A DNA stretch of 64,000 nt from Felis catus. Taxonomy: Eukaryota. Both the position numbers and the translations under genes were made by a program. Positions 12,661-24,386 of the stretch are shown in pieces (positions within the stretch are counted from its first letter, which is position 1; each line of letters begins with the position of its first letter). The notes under the pieces are model-generated. The model saw only the letters and a list, made by a program, of their open reading frames with translations. It was not told the origin of the DNA and did not search any database. The stretch lies in NCBI RefSeq assembly GCF_018350175.1, contig NC_058383.1, positions 2,976,001 to 3,040,000 of the forward strand. Direction: 5' to 3'.

Positions 12661-13587
12661 CCCTGTTTTTATTTATCTGTATCTGTCTCTTTAGCATTTA
12701 TTTTGTGTGTACTTGAAGGAAAGGCAACATTTCTAATACTAATTGGAAAAATGGTCCCTTATGCTTTTTTTTTTTCCTTTACCCAAGGTTTTTATGATAA
12801 GACATTATTGGGCTTGGAAGGTACCTTTGATGCTATGTAACGTTGACATTGCCCACTGTGTTCTGTGGGCTGTGGGGGTGGGTGACAGAAGGGGTAGCTG
12901 GACTGTCTGGGAGGAGACAAGTCACGGCACCTCCAGGTACACCTCCTTCTGCTCTCGTGAAAGTGAGCACGTCTTGACTGAGCGTTGACTCTTGCCCTCC
13001 TGGACCATCCTGAGAAATAGTCCCACGTAGGAGTAAAGACTTTTGTATCTTAGGAAAATAACATTCATTCTTGTTTGTTGTGTCTGAATTGGATTTAGAA
13101 AGAGTGGTACCTGTGGCTGGCAAGATTCTGGAGGACAAATACTGCATCCCTGTGAACTGCTTGGCACAGATCCCCTTGCGTAAGGCCCTTAATAAAGGCT
13201 TCTAATGGCAGTGATACCATAATGGCAGGGCGAAAACAACGCTTAATTCTTAGTTTTAACTCTACCTACAACTCCATGAATGATTTCATTTAAGAATACA
13301 TACAGTGTAGTTAAATGCTCGATAATTTATGGTCAGTCGTATTTTTAATAACATTTTGTGCTCTGTAACCTAAAATATATTCTTAAAATACAGACTTTCT
13401 TCTTTTTGACTTCCAAGACCTAGAAGTGAAAGAACATGTAACTTAGTTGTTTTTAGTATTTGAGTATCATTTCAGAATTGTGTAAGGGTTTTGGCCAAAG
13501 AAAAACGATGGAAATTTTGCTTTGCACATTTGGTGCTTTCAGCTCACTTGATTTTATAAAGGACTTGATTTTACACATTACAAATTA

Positions 13588-13909
13588 CAGTTGACCCTAG
13601 AACAGCAGAAGTTTGAACTGCGTGGGTCCACTTACATGTGACTTTTTGTTCATAGTGTACTGTACTATAAATGCATTTCTCTTCTTCATGATTTTCTTAA
13701 GAACGTGTTTTTCTCTAGCTTACTTAACTGTGAGAACACAGTATATAATACATACAGAATATGTCTTAACCAACTTTTAAGTTAATGGTCGAGCTCTGTC
13801 AGTGGTAGGCTATTAGTAGTTAAGTTTTGAGGAGTCAAAAGGTATACATGGGTTTTTGACTGCATGGGGTTTGGCGCCCCTAATCCCTGTGTTGTTCAAG
13901 GATCCGCTA
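13588..13909 (+). mobile_element. Tigger2-derived non-autonomous DNA transposon (Tigger2a_Car-like)
   Basis: TIRs cagttgaccctagaacagc ... gttgttcaaggatccgcta flanked by TA on both sides. Internal gtaggctattagtagttaagtttt. Confidence 0.9.
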
Positions 13910-14460
13910 TACTTGAAATTACAAATGCATCAGTATTGTAGTCTCAAAGATATAAATCACCTTATTTTGATCAATTTTTGAAGATTGACACAAAACTAAT
14001 GAAAAATAGTCTTCATCATGTATAAGAGACTTAGTTGAAGTTTTTCATTTTTGATCTTTGAAAATGTTCATGTAGTATAATTGGAAGGACTTTCTGCACA
14101 TGTAATTATTTCATTATTGTTATTTTATACTTACAGTTCGTCAGATGAGAACTAAAGTATTAAGTCTTTAGTGCAAAAGCTATAAAAAATGTAAGAAAAT
14201 TTTAGAACTCCTTCGTTCTTTTAACTCAAAGATAATTTCTTGTTTAGGTCTGCTTTCAAAATAGGCATGTCTGTGTATATAGTACATCATACACACACAC
14301 TTATTTGTATTCCTATACAGTGTATATTATATAATTGTGCAGATTGTACATATTATGTATTCTGTAATATGTACTATATTATACATTATTATACATATAT
14401 GCTATGTTTAAACATTCATGCATCTATATTACAGGTGCTCATGTGCGGCCGCCCCCCTGC

Positions 14461-14486
14461 CACACACACACACACACACACACACA
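14461..14486. repeat. (CA)n microsatellite
   Basis: Read directly from the sequence. Confidence 0.9.
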
Positions 14487-16499
14487 GCCCTTGAAGCTAC
14501 CATTGTCAAATCATCCTGCTCGGTGGTACATATTTTATATGCTTTTAACACAAAACTAACTTTTAGAGTTTGAATTTATTTTCCACAGATTAATAATTGA
14601 AAGTACAGTAAGCAATTTTTAAGCATCTTTAACAGGCTGTTTTATGCTTTAAAAAATAGTTAGTTTTCAAACCCTTTAAGAAAATATTCTTGATTTCAAA
14701 ACAAATGAAGTATTTTTAGAGCTTCCATGACCTGTTAAGGAATTCATTTTCCTGGTGTACTGCTAACAATACTTTTACAATGTGTTCTAAAGATATATTA
14801 ATTAGGGTGTTATAGCCTTTCAAATGAGTTATTATGGGTTTGTATAAACGATAATTTGAATAAGTTCATGGAAGTCTATCTAGTGTGAAGAACTATGGTT
14901 ATTGGCTGACAATTAACAATTTGAAATATGTCCAGTTTTACACATTGCTACTTTAAAAGAAATTGATACAAAATCATACCAAGAATAGTCCTTTCTTGAG
15001 AATTCATTATCTGTAATGGACTTCATTACCCAGGATTTGGGGACACGAAAAAGCACTCACTGAGAGAGCTGCGGAGTGCCATGTCGGGTCACAGCAGCCT
15101 GGGAACGGCTCTCTGAGGTTGACGAGCGGAGACTTTTGGGTTGGGGGCCGCGGTCTGCTCGCCTTTCCTTATGCCACCCCTGAGCATGGGGTTATAAGCA
15201 ATACCCCTGATTTTCCCCTGTGACCTGTATTGCATACATGGTTTCTAAGTGAATGAGAAGTCTTACTGAGCCTCCTTACCTTTTTAGTCTGAACCGTTTC
15301 TAGAAGGAACTTCCCCCCAAGCCTCTGAATGAAGAGCAGCAGTTGCTCTGACAGGAAGCTAGATCTTTCAGGTTCGTCACAGGAGTGCCCTGTACTGCAG
15401 TCACAATTCTTTATTATATAAAACTTTGGTTGTGCCCGGTGTGCTCTTGGATTTGTGGAGCATTAATGTTCTTACTCTTTCTGTGGGCCTCTTATATCGT
15501 CCTAGTTATTTTAGCTTATTTTTGTTTCATTCCATCTCCTCTCGACACGAACCTCTGTGAATTCTATAAGGTGTTGGAGGTAGCAATGCATCATGGTTCC
15601 TTAGAAGAGGAGGTCAAGTAATGTTCTGGATTTCAAATACTCTATGTGATGATGTTTGTCACGTTTGCAGGCTTTCTGCGGGAACTTACTGAGCCGGTTT
15701 CATTAGGAAATAGCCCACGGCCACCTCGGGAGCCATGAATATGTCACCATTCGTGACTCCTAGCTCAGGGCCTGTCATCCCTGGAGTAAGTGGAGTTAGG
15801 ATCTTGAGTGTGTTACCTGCACGTTGTCTGTGTTGATACTCAACACTCTTCTGACCAGGTTCCCAGCTTTTTTATGTTACATCATCTATTGGCTGCGAAT
15901 CGTACAAACACCCCATGCTTTCTCTTGCTAGCATATCTGGAGAATTCCTTGTGCATTTCTTCTCCTAGGTCATTATTAAATAAGACCATTTATCTAGCAC
16001 CTGACACTACAGCTGAAATTACTCTTTGCAGAAAACAAACTCCCTCTTACTCCACCTTTAGCCGGGAACTAAATGTTTTTTTTTTTTTTTCCTTAGTCTA
16101 AGTGTAATTCATTTTGTCTTTTGTTCATTGGTTCGTTTTTGTGGTCATCCTCTTTTTGGTGGAAAAGCCTACTGGGGGGGGTGTTTAAAGAACCAAATTA
16201 AGTTACAGTTTTAGGCCATTTCTTGTCAACACAGAATTTATCTTTCAAAGTGTTTTAGTAAGATATATTGGCGTTTATGTTTGTAGTATTGTTTTTGCCT
16301 AGAAGACAGGCTCAGTTCAAGTAGCACACCCAGTATTGATACAAGGCGGGAGAATACAGTTCTTATGGGTGAATAACTTATTTTTCTACTCTCCTTTCTG
16401 GAAAAAAAATTAGTAGTGTAATGTTAAAAATTCTTAAAAGTGTGAGCTTTTTTTACACCGCATTTACACTTCTTGGAATTTATTGTAGGAAATAATACC

Positions 16500-16700
16500 A
16501 ATCCTAGCCAACATCTCTCTATTGTTTGCTATGTTTTGGGCACTATTGTAAGCATTTTGTATGTATTAACTTATCTCTGTCTTCATAACCCTGAGAAGGT
16601 AGGTACTGTTGTTCCATTTGTTTGGTTACATAATACTTGTTCAGTATCACATAGCTATTGAATGGTGAAGTCAGAATTTTGTTTCGCCTCTGTTATATCC
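16500..16700 (-). mobile_element. MIR
   Basis: tgctatgttttgggcactattgtaagcatttt...cttcataaccctgagaaggtaggtactgtt. Confidence 0.8.
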
Positions 16701-17308
16701 AGAGATGTGCATAAAAAAATAAGAGATTAAAAAATTTGAATCTACTTATGTTCCCACAAATAGAAGTTACTCTTAATTAAATAAGAGGGGAATCATATAA
16801 TTCTGGGAGGGGATTAAAAAATCAAGTTGTAGATGATAACATCCACAATGTTAAACCTGAAAAAGTGGAATACTGTTTTAATAAAAAGAGTATTAATACA
16901 CATATATTGGAATACAAATATTGTATGAATCAGGAAAAGACTTAACAGAATAGTAATGGTATTGTACTTCTGGATGTTGGGATTAATGACGATTTTATTT
17001 GTGTGTGTGTGTGTGTTACTCTGTTTTCCAAACTGTTTTTCATTGAGCACATGATTGTATATTTGGAAAAAAAACTTACTTAAAATTATTTTAATTAGAT
17101 TAAAAATGCTACATGTAGTTACGCTTTTATCATAGTGCTAGTTATGTAAGCAAAGGTGCTGAATATCAAGTTACCAGATGTTCTCTGGAGCCCTTCTTGT
17201 GGGCGTTACATTTATACCCTACTTGTCTTTTGGCATAGTGATCTTGTAAATGACACGATTTCAGGATTTTGACCGTCAAATTCATCATTTCCTTCTGTGT
17301 CCCTCTAG

Positions 17309-17574
17309 AATGTCTGGATATGTGCTATCTGGATCCCCTGATTTATCCATAAGCGGTTTGTCAACTGAGCAAAGAACATCCAGTGCCCTGTTAGGATGAC
17401 CACCGGGTGGTCAGAATTCCCGCAACGGTGGGGTATTAATAATAACAAAGCTACATGTACAATTTTTATTACTGAATTTTGCTGTATATTGTGGTGCGGA
17501 CTGTACCCCCTAACCCTGCCAAAGAAAACTTCCTGCATCACGAGGGGATGTTTTGCCTGAATTTGGAAGTTTTA
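17309..17574 (+). other. Candidate non-coding/5'UTR exon of an unidentified gene (3' end uncertain: 17427 or 17574)
   Basis: Strong acceptor catttccttctgtgtccctctag followed by unique non-repeat sequence. Stops in all frames over the longer form. Possible donors ACG|GTGGGG or TTA|GTATGA. Confidence 0.45.
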
Positions 17575-17859
17575 GTATGAGTTTCTCACTTTATCGCAAA
17601 GGCAGTTGAAACAAATAGCCTAGCATATACTATAGTTCTCATAGAATTGGCCTGCTTTGTTTAAAATTCAGTTTGGCTGTGGGAATTGCCACAAGGTTTC
17701 CTTAACAAAATCTGAAACATTAACTCTGCTCTTTACCTTTACCACTATTCACAGTGAGCTGTTGATCTTTTATCTAACCAACTTACCAGCTTTTAAAGAA
17801 CCATTTATATTTTGGATAGCATGTCTGAAATTGCCTTTTGGCCTGTGCACTTTCTTATT

Positions 17860-18370
17860 TGACCTGGTGCTACCGTAATAAATGACCACAAATATAGCAG
17901 CTTCCAACAACACTTAGGTATTATATTACTTCACAGGTGTGGGAATCAGAATTCTCGGTACAATGTGGCTCAATGAGTTCCTCTGCCCGGAGTCTCTAAA
18001 GCCCAAATCAAGGTGCTGGTGGGGCTAGGTCCCTTTTTTGGAAGCTCTGAAGATGAATCTGCTTCCAAGCGATTTAATTTAAATTGTCTGAATTCGTTGC
18101 CTTGAGGTTGTAGGGCTGGAGCCATTGGCTTGCTGCCCCCCAGCAGGGGCTGGTCTCAGTCCTTCTGTTTTCTGGGTGGTGCTCTCCAGACACAGCAGCT
18201 CGAGTCTCCTTCAAGGGAATCTTCCACTTCCCTTGTGCTACCTCTCTGTGCTTCAGGCTCACCCATATCACCCGGGATAATGTCCCCGTTACTCTCTTTG
18301 GTTTGCAGAGTAACACATAGGTCTCTGGAGTTAGGGCATGAGTGTCTTCCGGGTGCTGCTCCTTTTGACA
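17860..18370 (-). mobile_element. MaLR LTR (MLT1D/E-like)
   Basis: aataaatgaccacaaa, aaatcaaggtgctggtggggct, gaagctctgaagatgaatctgcttccaagc, gaggttgtagggctg. Confidence 0.8.
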
Positions 18371-19743
18371 CAGTGGGGCCTGTTTGTTCCCTTAATACAT
18401 ACACATTACTTGTATGTGTTAACCATTGTGGTGTTTGCAGTAACGGGCAGCCAGAAATTAAGAGAATCAGTGCTGACACAGGCGTTGTTAAAAACTGGTG
18501 GAGGATTTGTGATAAGCCCTTATGTTGATATGTTAGGATTTGTAAAGGAAAGTAAAACCGGTAGGGATGGGAAATTAGGAAGGCTTTGTAGAGCAGGAAG
18601 AACCTGACCGGGCCCTTCACGTTGTTGTGGGTGTCGATATGCTAAGCATTGAAGAGTTAGAGAAGGTGGGAAAACTTGGTCACCTGAACCAAAACCATGT
18701 GGGGATTGGGCATGATGTTGGAGAGCCACGCAATGGAATTTAGGTATGATTGCCTAAATGGGGAGTCCACGGAGTTGTGGAGTGAAAAAGTAACCAGAAA
18801 TTCGTGTAAAAATTCATCTTGCAGCAGTGTGCAGGATGGACTGAAGGTGGGGAAGGTGGAGTTAGGACAACGTCATCATCTGGCATGGGGTAGCCAACCT
18901 CAACCAGAGTTGTCCGGCACCTTCTTACTCTGGTCCTTTTCAATATCCGTGTCATGAGACTTTTAGGATTTTAGAGCAGAAACTTTAAGAGGTGACTTCA
19001 TTAATGGTGCCTTTGGTTTTCTTGCATACAGTGAATCCCTCCCTCCCTCCCTCTTTCTCTGTCTCTCTCTGTCTCTGTCTCTGTCTCTCTCAGGCTGTGA
19101 TGTCAGTAAGAGTGATTAACTTTTCTCCTGTGTCAGACTTGGAATGTTTCACATACTTTTCCAATAGCCGTCTTTAGAACACATTCAGGATTGAAAGAAT
19201 TGCTTTTTCTATTTGAATATGAAGAGCTGAAATTCAGAAATCTGAAGTTATTTTATCAAGATCATTCGGCATGTCAGTGTCACATGCAGAAGCACATTTC
19301 TGGGCTTTAATTCGGATCCAGTGCCCTCTCTGCAGCTCTTCGGAGATAAGCTGAGTGAATCTTGAGACACACAGCCTAAACTAAGCTGAATAATCTTCCT
19401 GCTGAATAAATATGTGTATATACTTACTAGTTTTGAGGAGATAACTTATCTAGGAGGCATACAGTAAATACTTCGAGCTCTTTGGATGCAGGGACTTGAA
19501 CACTTTCTTGCTCCAGTGCTTGTTATGGGGTTTGGCTCATGGAAGGAGCCTTGAGATGCTTAGATCAGTGGTGGATGATTGGGATCACCTGGGCTGACCT
19601 TTGAAAGGCTTCTTATTTCCCACCCTCTAAACCACCAGAGGCTTGCCTGCCAGTTGACAACCTAGGGAGATCCCATCCTGGGGTCACAGCACTCTTTGTA
19701 GAACACAATCTTGTTTTAAAATATTAACCTTCCCCCCCCCCCC

Positions 19744-19934
19744 TTTTTTAATGTCTGTTCTTGAAAGAGAGCATGAGTGGGGGAGGGGCAGAGAGAGAGG
19801 GAGACACAGAATCTGAAACAGGCTCCAGGCTCTGAGCCGTCAGCACCGAGCCCGACGCAGGGCTCGAACTCGTGGACCTTGAGATCATGACCTGAGCCAA
19901 AGTCCCACGCTTAACTGACTCACTCCAGTGCCCC
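19744..19934 (-). mobile_element. CAN-SINE
   Basis: gagacacagaatctgaaacaggctccaggctctgagc...cagtgcccc. Confidence 0.95.
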
Positions 19935-20337
19935 AAAATATTTTTTTTAATTAATCCTTATCGAGGAGAGTGGGATTCACGAGATTCACATCAGAGAGTG
20001 TAAATAGCCTCTTCTAAGGAGATGTGATTAGTTTGTTAAATTCAAACTAGCATTTTAGACGTGACTTCACTAAAGGTTACAGGCGCTCTTTGGCTCTAAA
20101 ATTTCATTTCATAGTAAGAGGTCCCTAAGGGCTAGTTTGACTTATTTAATTATACCATACAGGACTTGGGTAATAGTTTTATAAAAACCCTCTTCAAGGC
20201 AAGTTTATAATTTAATACAAAGTGGTAAATTGGTATACCTTTAACATTTGTATCATGAGACAGGTGATGCAGATCAGGATTGAGTAAAGGGAAAAATTTT
20301 TAGGGTATCACATTTGAGTTAGAAATGACAATATTTG

Positions 20338-20588
20338 ACTTCACTCATTTGAGGACTTGAAGGGACAAAACAGATGAACATAAGGGAAGGGAAACAAAAA
20401 TAATATAAAAACGGGGGGACAAAACAGAAGAGACTCTTAATTATGGAGAACAGAGGGTTACTGGAGGACTTGTGGGAGGGGGGGATGGGCTAAATGGGGA
20501 AGGGGCACTAAGGAATCGACTCCTGAAATCATTGTTGCACTATATGCTAATGAATTTGGATATAAATTTTAAAAAATAAAATAAAATA
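20338..20588 (+). mobile_element. Felid/carnivore L1 3' UTR, 5'-truncated; head of a probable 3' transduction ending near 21102
   Basis: acttcactcat...gatgaacataagggaagggaaac...gaaatcattgttgcactatatgctaa...aaaataaaataaaa. Confidence 0.9.
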
Positions 20589-20639
20589 TGGTTAGGCCCT
20601 GCCAGGAGTTACTATGGGATTAGATAACATTAGTTGTAC

Positions 20640-21040
20640 CCATTGACCTCTGTTTCTTGGTATCTTAACAATGATATTATTTGGAGGTGGCACTTAGCCC
20701 AAAGGATCCTTCCCATTCACCCTTTCAAGTAGGACTGGCCATATGACTATACTTTCTAGTCAATGAGACATAAACAAACACCTTGTCTGGAAGTTAAAAG
20801 ATGCTGAAAGGAAGTTGCCTTGGGGGTGGGGGACTGTTTTTCCTTTCTCATTTCTGCTTTCCATGAGAGATGATGTGAATGAATTCCAGAAGCTGCTATG
20901 GACCATGATTTGGCCTTAAAAATGAAAGCCATGCACACGAAAACAAAGATACAGACTATATGGATCCCTTCATAAACAAGAGGTAACTCATTAGACTCTT
21001 AATGCCTACCTTCAGACTGTGTGTAAATGTAAGCTCTACT
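20640..21040 (+). mobile_element. Old MaLR LTR-like fragment (MLT1J-like) within the transduced segment
   Basis: ggccatatgact...tagtcaatgagacataa, atgaaagccatgcac, tgcctaccttcagact. Confidence 0.5.
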
Positions 21041-21252
21041 CTAGGACATTTCAAAACTGTAATCAAGTCACTAAAACTAGCAGTCTAATTAAAAAAAAAA
21101 AAGACAATATTTGTATATTTTTGAGAAAACTTGAAGATGTGAAATCTCCTGAAAAACAGTACGTGCAGTTGACCTGAACGATGCAATTTTTAACGAGCCA
21201 GCAAATACTGCAGAAGTGTTTGTAAATCATAAACAGCGTATTTTCTTCTCAG

Positions 21253-21283
21253 TTGACAGACGATTTCTGTATTTGTATAAGTG
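21253..21283 (+). other. Candidate 31-nt microexon
   Basis: tattttcttctcag | TTGACAGACGATTTCTGTATTTGTATAAGTG | gtgagc. Confidence 0.35.
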
Positions 21284-22249
21284 GTGAGCTTTGCTACTTA
21301 CTGGATCACGGAGGATGTCCTCTGGGCTGCCACAGGGCTTCCGGCCTACTGGGGGTGAGACACACAGACCCGGGGCATCCATTTCCAACATGGCCTACTG
21401 TGTGCTCAGAATGTACCCTCAGTACTCAGCACACAGTAGGTATCACTGAGTATCTTTAGGGACTGCAAGTGACCCTCTTTCTAACCTTGTCTGCTTGGTG
21501 AACAGCTCCTAATCTTTGAGGTTATCTAAGATGTGTAAGATGTATAAGTCCTCTAGAGTCTGGTTAGACCTTTCACCACATTGATCCCTGACTGTGCAGG
21601 CAACACAGCACTTACTACCACAGTGGATGGGATGCCCCAGAATGCGTGCAGGGTGGGCAGGCCTCGGGCGCCCAGCCTCCCAGAGCAGGAGAAAACCTCA
21701 TGTCAGAAATCAGAATTAACAAGTATTAGGCAAGTTGTGCCAGTTGTTAACCAGTCAGACTTGTGATATGCAACAGTGTGAAAACTTTTTTTCCTCAAGC
21801 CGGAAGATGAAAGCAGCAGAACATTAGACCCCTTTACTCAGACAGGAGTTAGCTGTGCTCCAGTGACGGTACTGTATTTGCCTCCCCACCCGTCTCCCCG
21901 CTCATCGTATTTTTTTGTTTCAGCAGGTGCCTAATAAATGTTCAGGAATACTATGGGGAAAGCATTCCAGTTCAAAGGAAACATTTTTTTGTTATTGTGC
22001 TTGCTGCTGTTACTGCATTTCTAATATTTTACTTTTCTGCATTCCTCCGTGAGAGTCCACTAACATTTCACTAGCTTTGTCTGGCGATAGGCATGTGAGT
22101 TTCTGGAACAAGGCTCATTCACTTGCGCAGCTGAGAGTTACACGATTGCCTTGCGTCCCCCTCTTTAGGAAACACGTGCTTCCCTGTTTTGCCAGCTGAT
22201 GCCCTCCAAATTTCTGTCACCTGTGGTTCACTTGTCTACATTAAGGTGA

Positions 22250-22450
22250 ATTTATTTATTCATTTGTTCAGTTGGTACTTACTGAACAACTGGTAGGAGC
22301 CAGGACTTATTTTAGGTATGGGGATAAAGCTGTTTTATAATTCAGACATGGCCCTGCCCTTACAGATGGAACAGTGTAATAGAGAAGACAGATGATTACA
22401 CCAGTAGTTCGCGTGTGATGTGATAGCACTGCCACAGGGGATGGAGATCT
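22250..22450 (-). mobile_element. L2 3' fragment
   Basis: tttattcatttgttcag...tacttactgaacaact...agacatggccctgccct. Confidence 0.75.
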
Positions 22451-22632
22451 GAGGGGTCAGGAGAAGAGAGAGAAATTTATAATGGAGACTCTTTGATATC
22501 AGAAAGGTCTATAAAACATGTTTAGTGGAATCCATATGCCAAAGGCAGGATTGTTGATCTCGAAGAAAACTCTTCAGAAGGCTGTCACCAGAAATAGTAA
22601 ACCTATCAATGTTTATTTAAAAAACAAAAAAA

Positions 22633-22756
22633 CCCTGTGCTGACAGTGTGGAGCCTGCTTGGGATTCTCTTTCTCCCTCTTGCTCCGCCCCTCCTCTGCT
22701 CACACTCGTTCATGCTCTCTCTCTCTCTCTCTGAAAATAAATAAACATAAAAAAGA
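22633..22756 (+). mobile_element. CAN-SINE 3' half (5'-truncated)
   Basis: ctgtgctgacagtgtggagcctgcttgggattctct...aaaataaataaacat. Confidence 0.9.
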
Positions 22757-23935
22757 ATAACACAAGAAAACTTAAAAATTCCAAATTGCTATCTGTTATG
22801 GGTGTATGTTGTCAAAATGAAATCAGATAGACATTTGACTTAATTTTAAAAAGACGAAAAGCAAACAATTTTTCTTTCTATGTGTAAAGGAGGAAATCTT
22901 ATCTGGCAGTAATCAGGAAGATGGCTTGTATTTTGGCTACTCAGTGCTTACCAAACTATCTGTGAGGAAGGACTGGCCTTTTCTGTTTTAAAAGTTCTCG
23001 CCCTTGGCAGACAGATTATCGGTCTTTTGGGACATAATGATCAGTATGTGGCTCACACCGCGTGGAACCCAAACTGACACACACCGATGTGTTACCGCCA
23101 AGTCAGATGGCCACAGGCTTCCTAAGTGTTCCTCTTCCTTTCTGTTCTGACAGAGGCAGGCTGGCACCGGTGCTGGCTCGCATTGGAGCGGCCCTTGTGC
23201 AGTGTAACTGGATGATTAATTTTGCCTGTATTCTAACAGATAATTTAAGTCTCTTTGTTCTCATGCTGTCCTCACCCAGCAGTCTTAGGGCTGTGCATTG
23301 GTTTTCTACTCACTTGCATGGCACAAAATTTTACTGTGGTTGTGGACTAGGCCCTGCTGACAAACCTGTCTGCTCTGAGTCGGATTCTCATCCCCGGCCC
23401 ATGATTGCATCATAGGGATTGAAATCCTGCACTGCGTGGCCTGTGTCTGTATGGTCAACACATCAGCTTTGTTCCCAGCATTGACTGATTGATTGATTGA
23501 ATAAATACTGCCTGAGAAGATGACATTTGAGCAAAGACCTGCAGGAAGGAAGGGAGAGAACAGAGTTGGAGATGTTAGGGAAGGACTTTGCAGAAAGAGG
23601 GAAGAGCAAACATAGCTCTGAGACATGAGGAATGAGGTCAGGGTACCACAGTCATGTAGGGCCTTCCAGAACCTTTTAAAGAGCTTGGCTTTTATTTGGA
23701 GTCAGTTGGCAAACCATTGGTGAATTTTGAGTAGGGGAGAAGTCACAGGATCCTACTTGCATTTTGGCAAAGTCACTCTGGTTGCCGCGTTGGGACCGGT
23801 GTGAAAGGACAAGGCTGGAAGCAGGGGGATAAGTCAGGAGGTGATGTTAATGATCTACACAGAAGATAATACGGTCATTGGACCAGGTGGTAGCAGTAGG
23901 AATCGTGGGAGGGGAAGATGTTTGCATCTATTTTT

Positions 23936-24136
23936 TTTTAATGTTTTTATTTATTTTTGAGAGAGAGAGCATGAGCTGGGGAGGGACAGAGAGAGAGGGA
24001 GATGCAGAATCTGAAGCAGGCTCCAGGCTCTGAGCGGTGAGCACAGAGCCCAGTGCTGGGCTTGAACTTGTGAACCGCGAGATCATGACCTGGGCCGAAG
24101 TCAGACCCTCAATGGACTGAGCCACCCAGGCGGCCC
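23936..24136 (-). mobile_element. CAN-SINE (older, SINEC_Fc2-like)
   Basis: SINE body. TSD tgtttgcatct(a/g)ttttt. Confidence 0.95.
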
Positions 24137-24153
24137 TGTTTGCATCTGTTTTT

Positions 24154-24386
24154 TTTTTTTTTTTTTTTTTTTAATTTTTTTTTCAACGTTTATTTATTTT
24201 TGGGACAGAGAGAGACAGAGCATGAACGGGGAAGGGACAGAGAGAGAGGGAGACACAGAATCGGAAACAGGCTCCAGGCTCTGAGCCATCAGCCCAGACC
24301 CTGATGCGGGGCTCGAACTCACGGACCGTGAGATCGTGACCTGGCTGAAGTCGGACGCTTAACCGACTGCGCCACCCAGGCGCCCC
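24154..24386 (-). mobile_element. Young CAN-SINE (SINEC_Fc-like)
   Basis: CpG-intact body and long pure T tract. Perfect TSD tgtttgcatctgttttt. Confidence 0.97.

Noticed and set aside
14138..14190. Possible small exon (ttacag|TTCGTC...AAAAT|gtaaga)
   Set aside because: Weak splice sites in very AT-rich sequence; not enough support without RNA data.
18130..18620. Overlapping 132 and 154 aa ORFs
   Set aside because: Largely within an MLT1 LTR, with no coding-like features.
22942..23210. Possible hAT-Charlie element
   Set aside because: Starts like a Charlie TIR, but the other end is too decayed to call.
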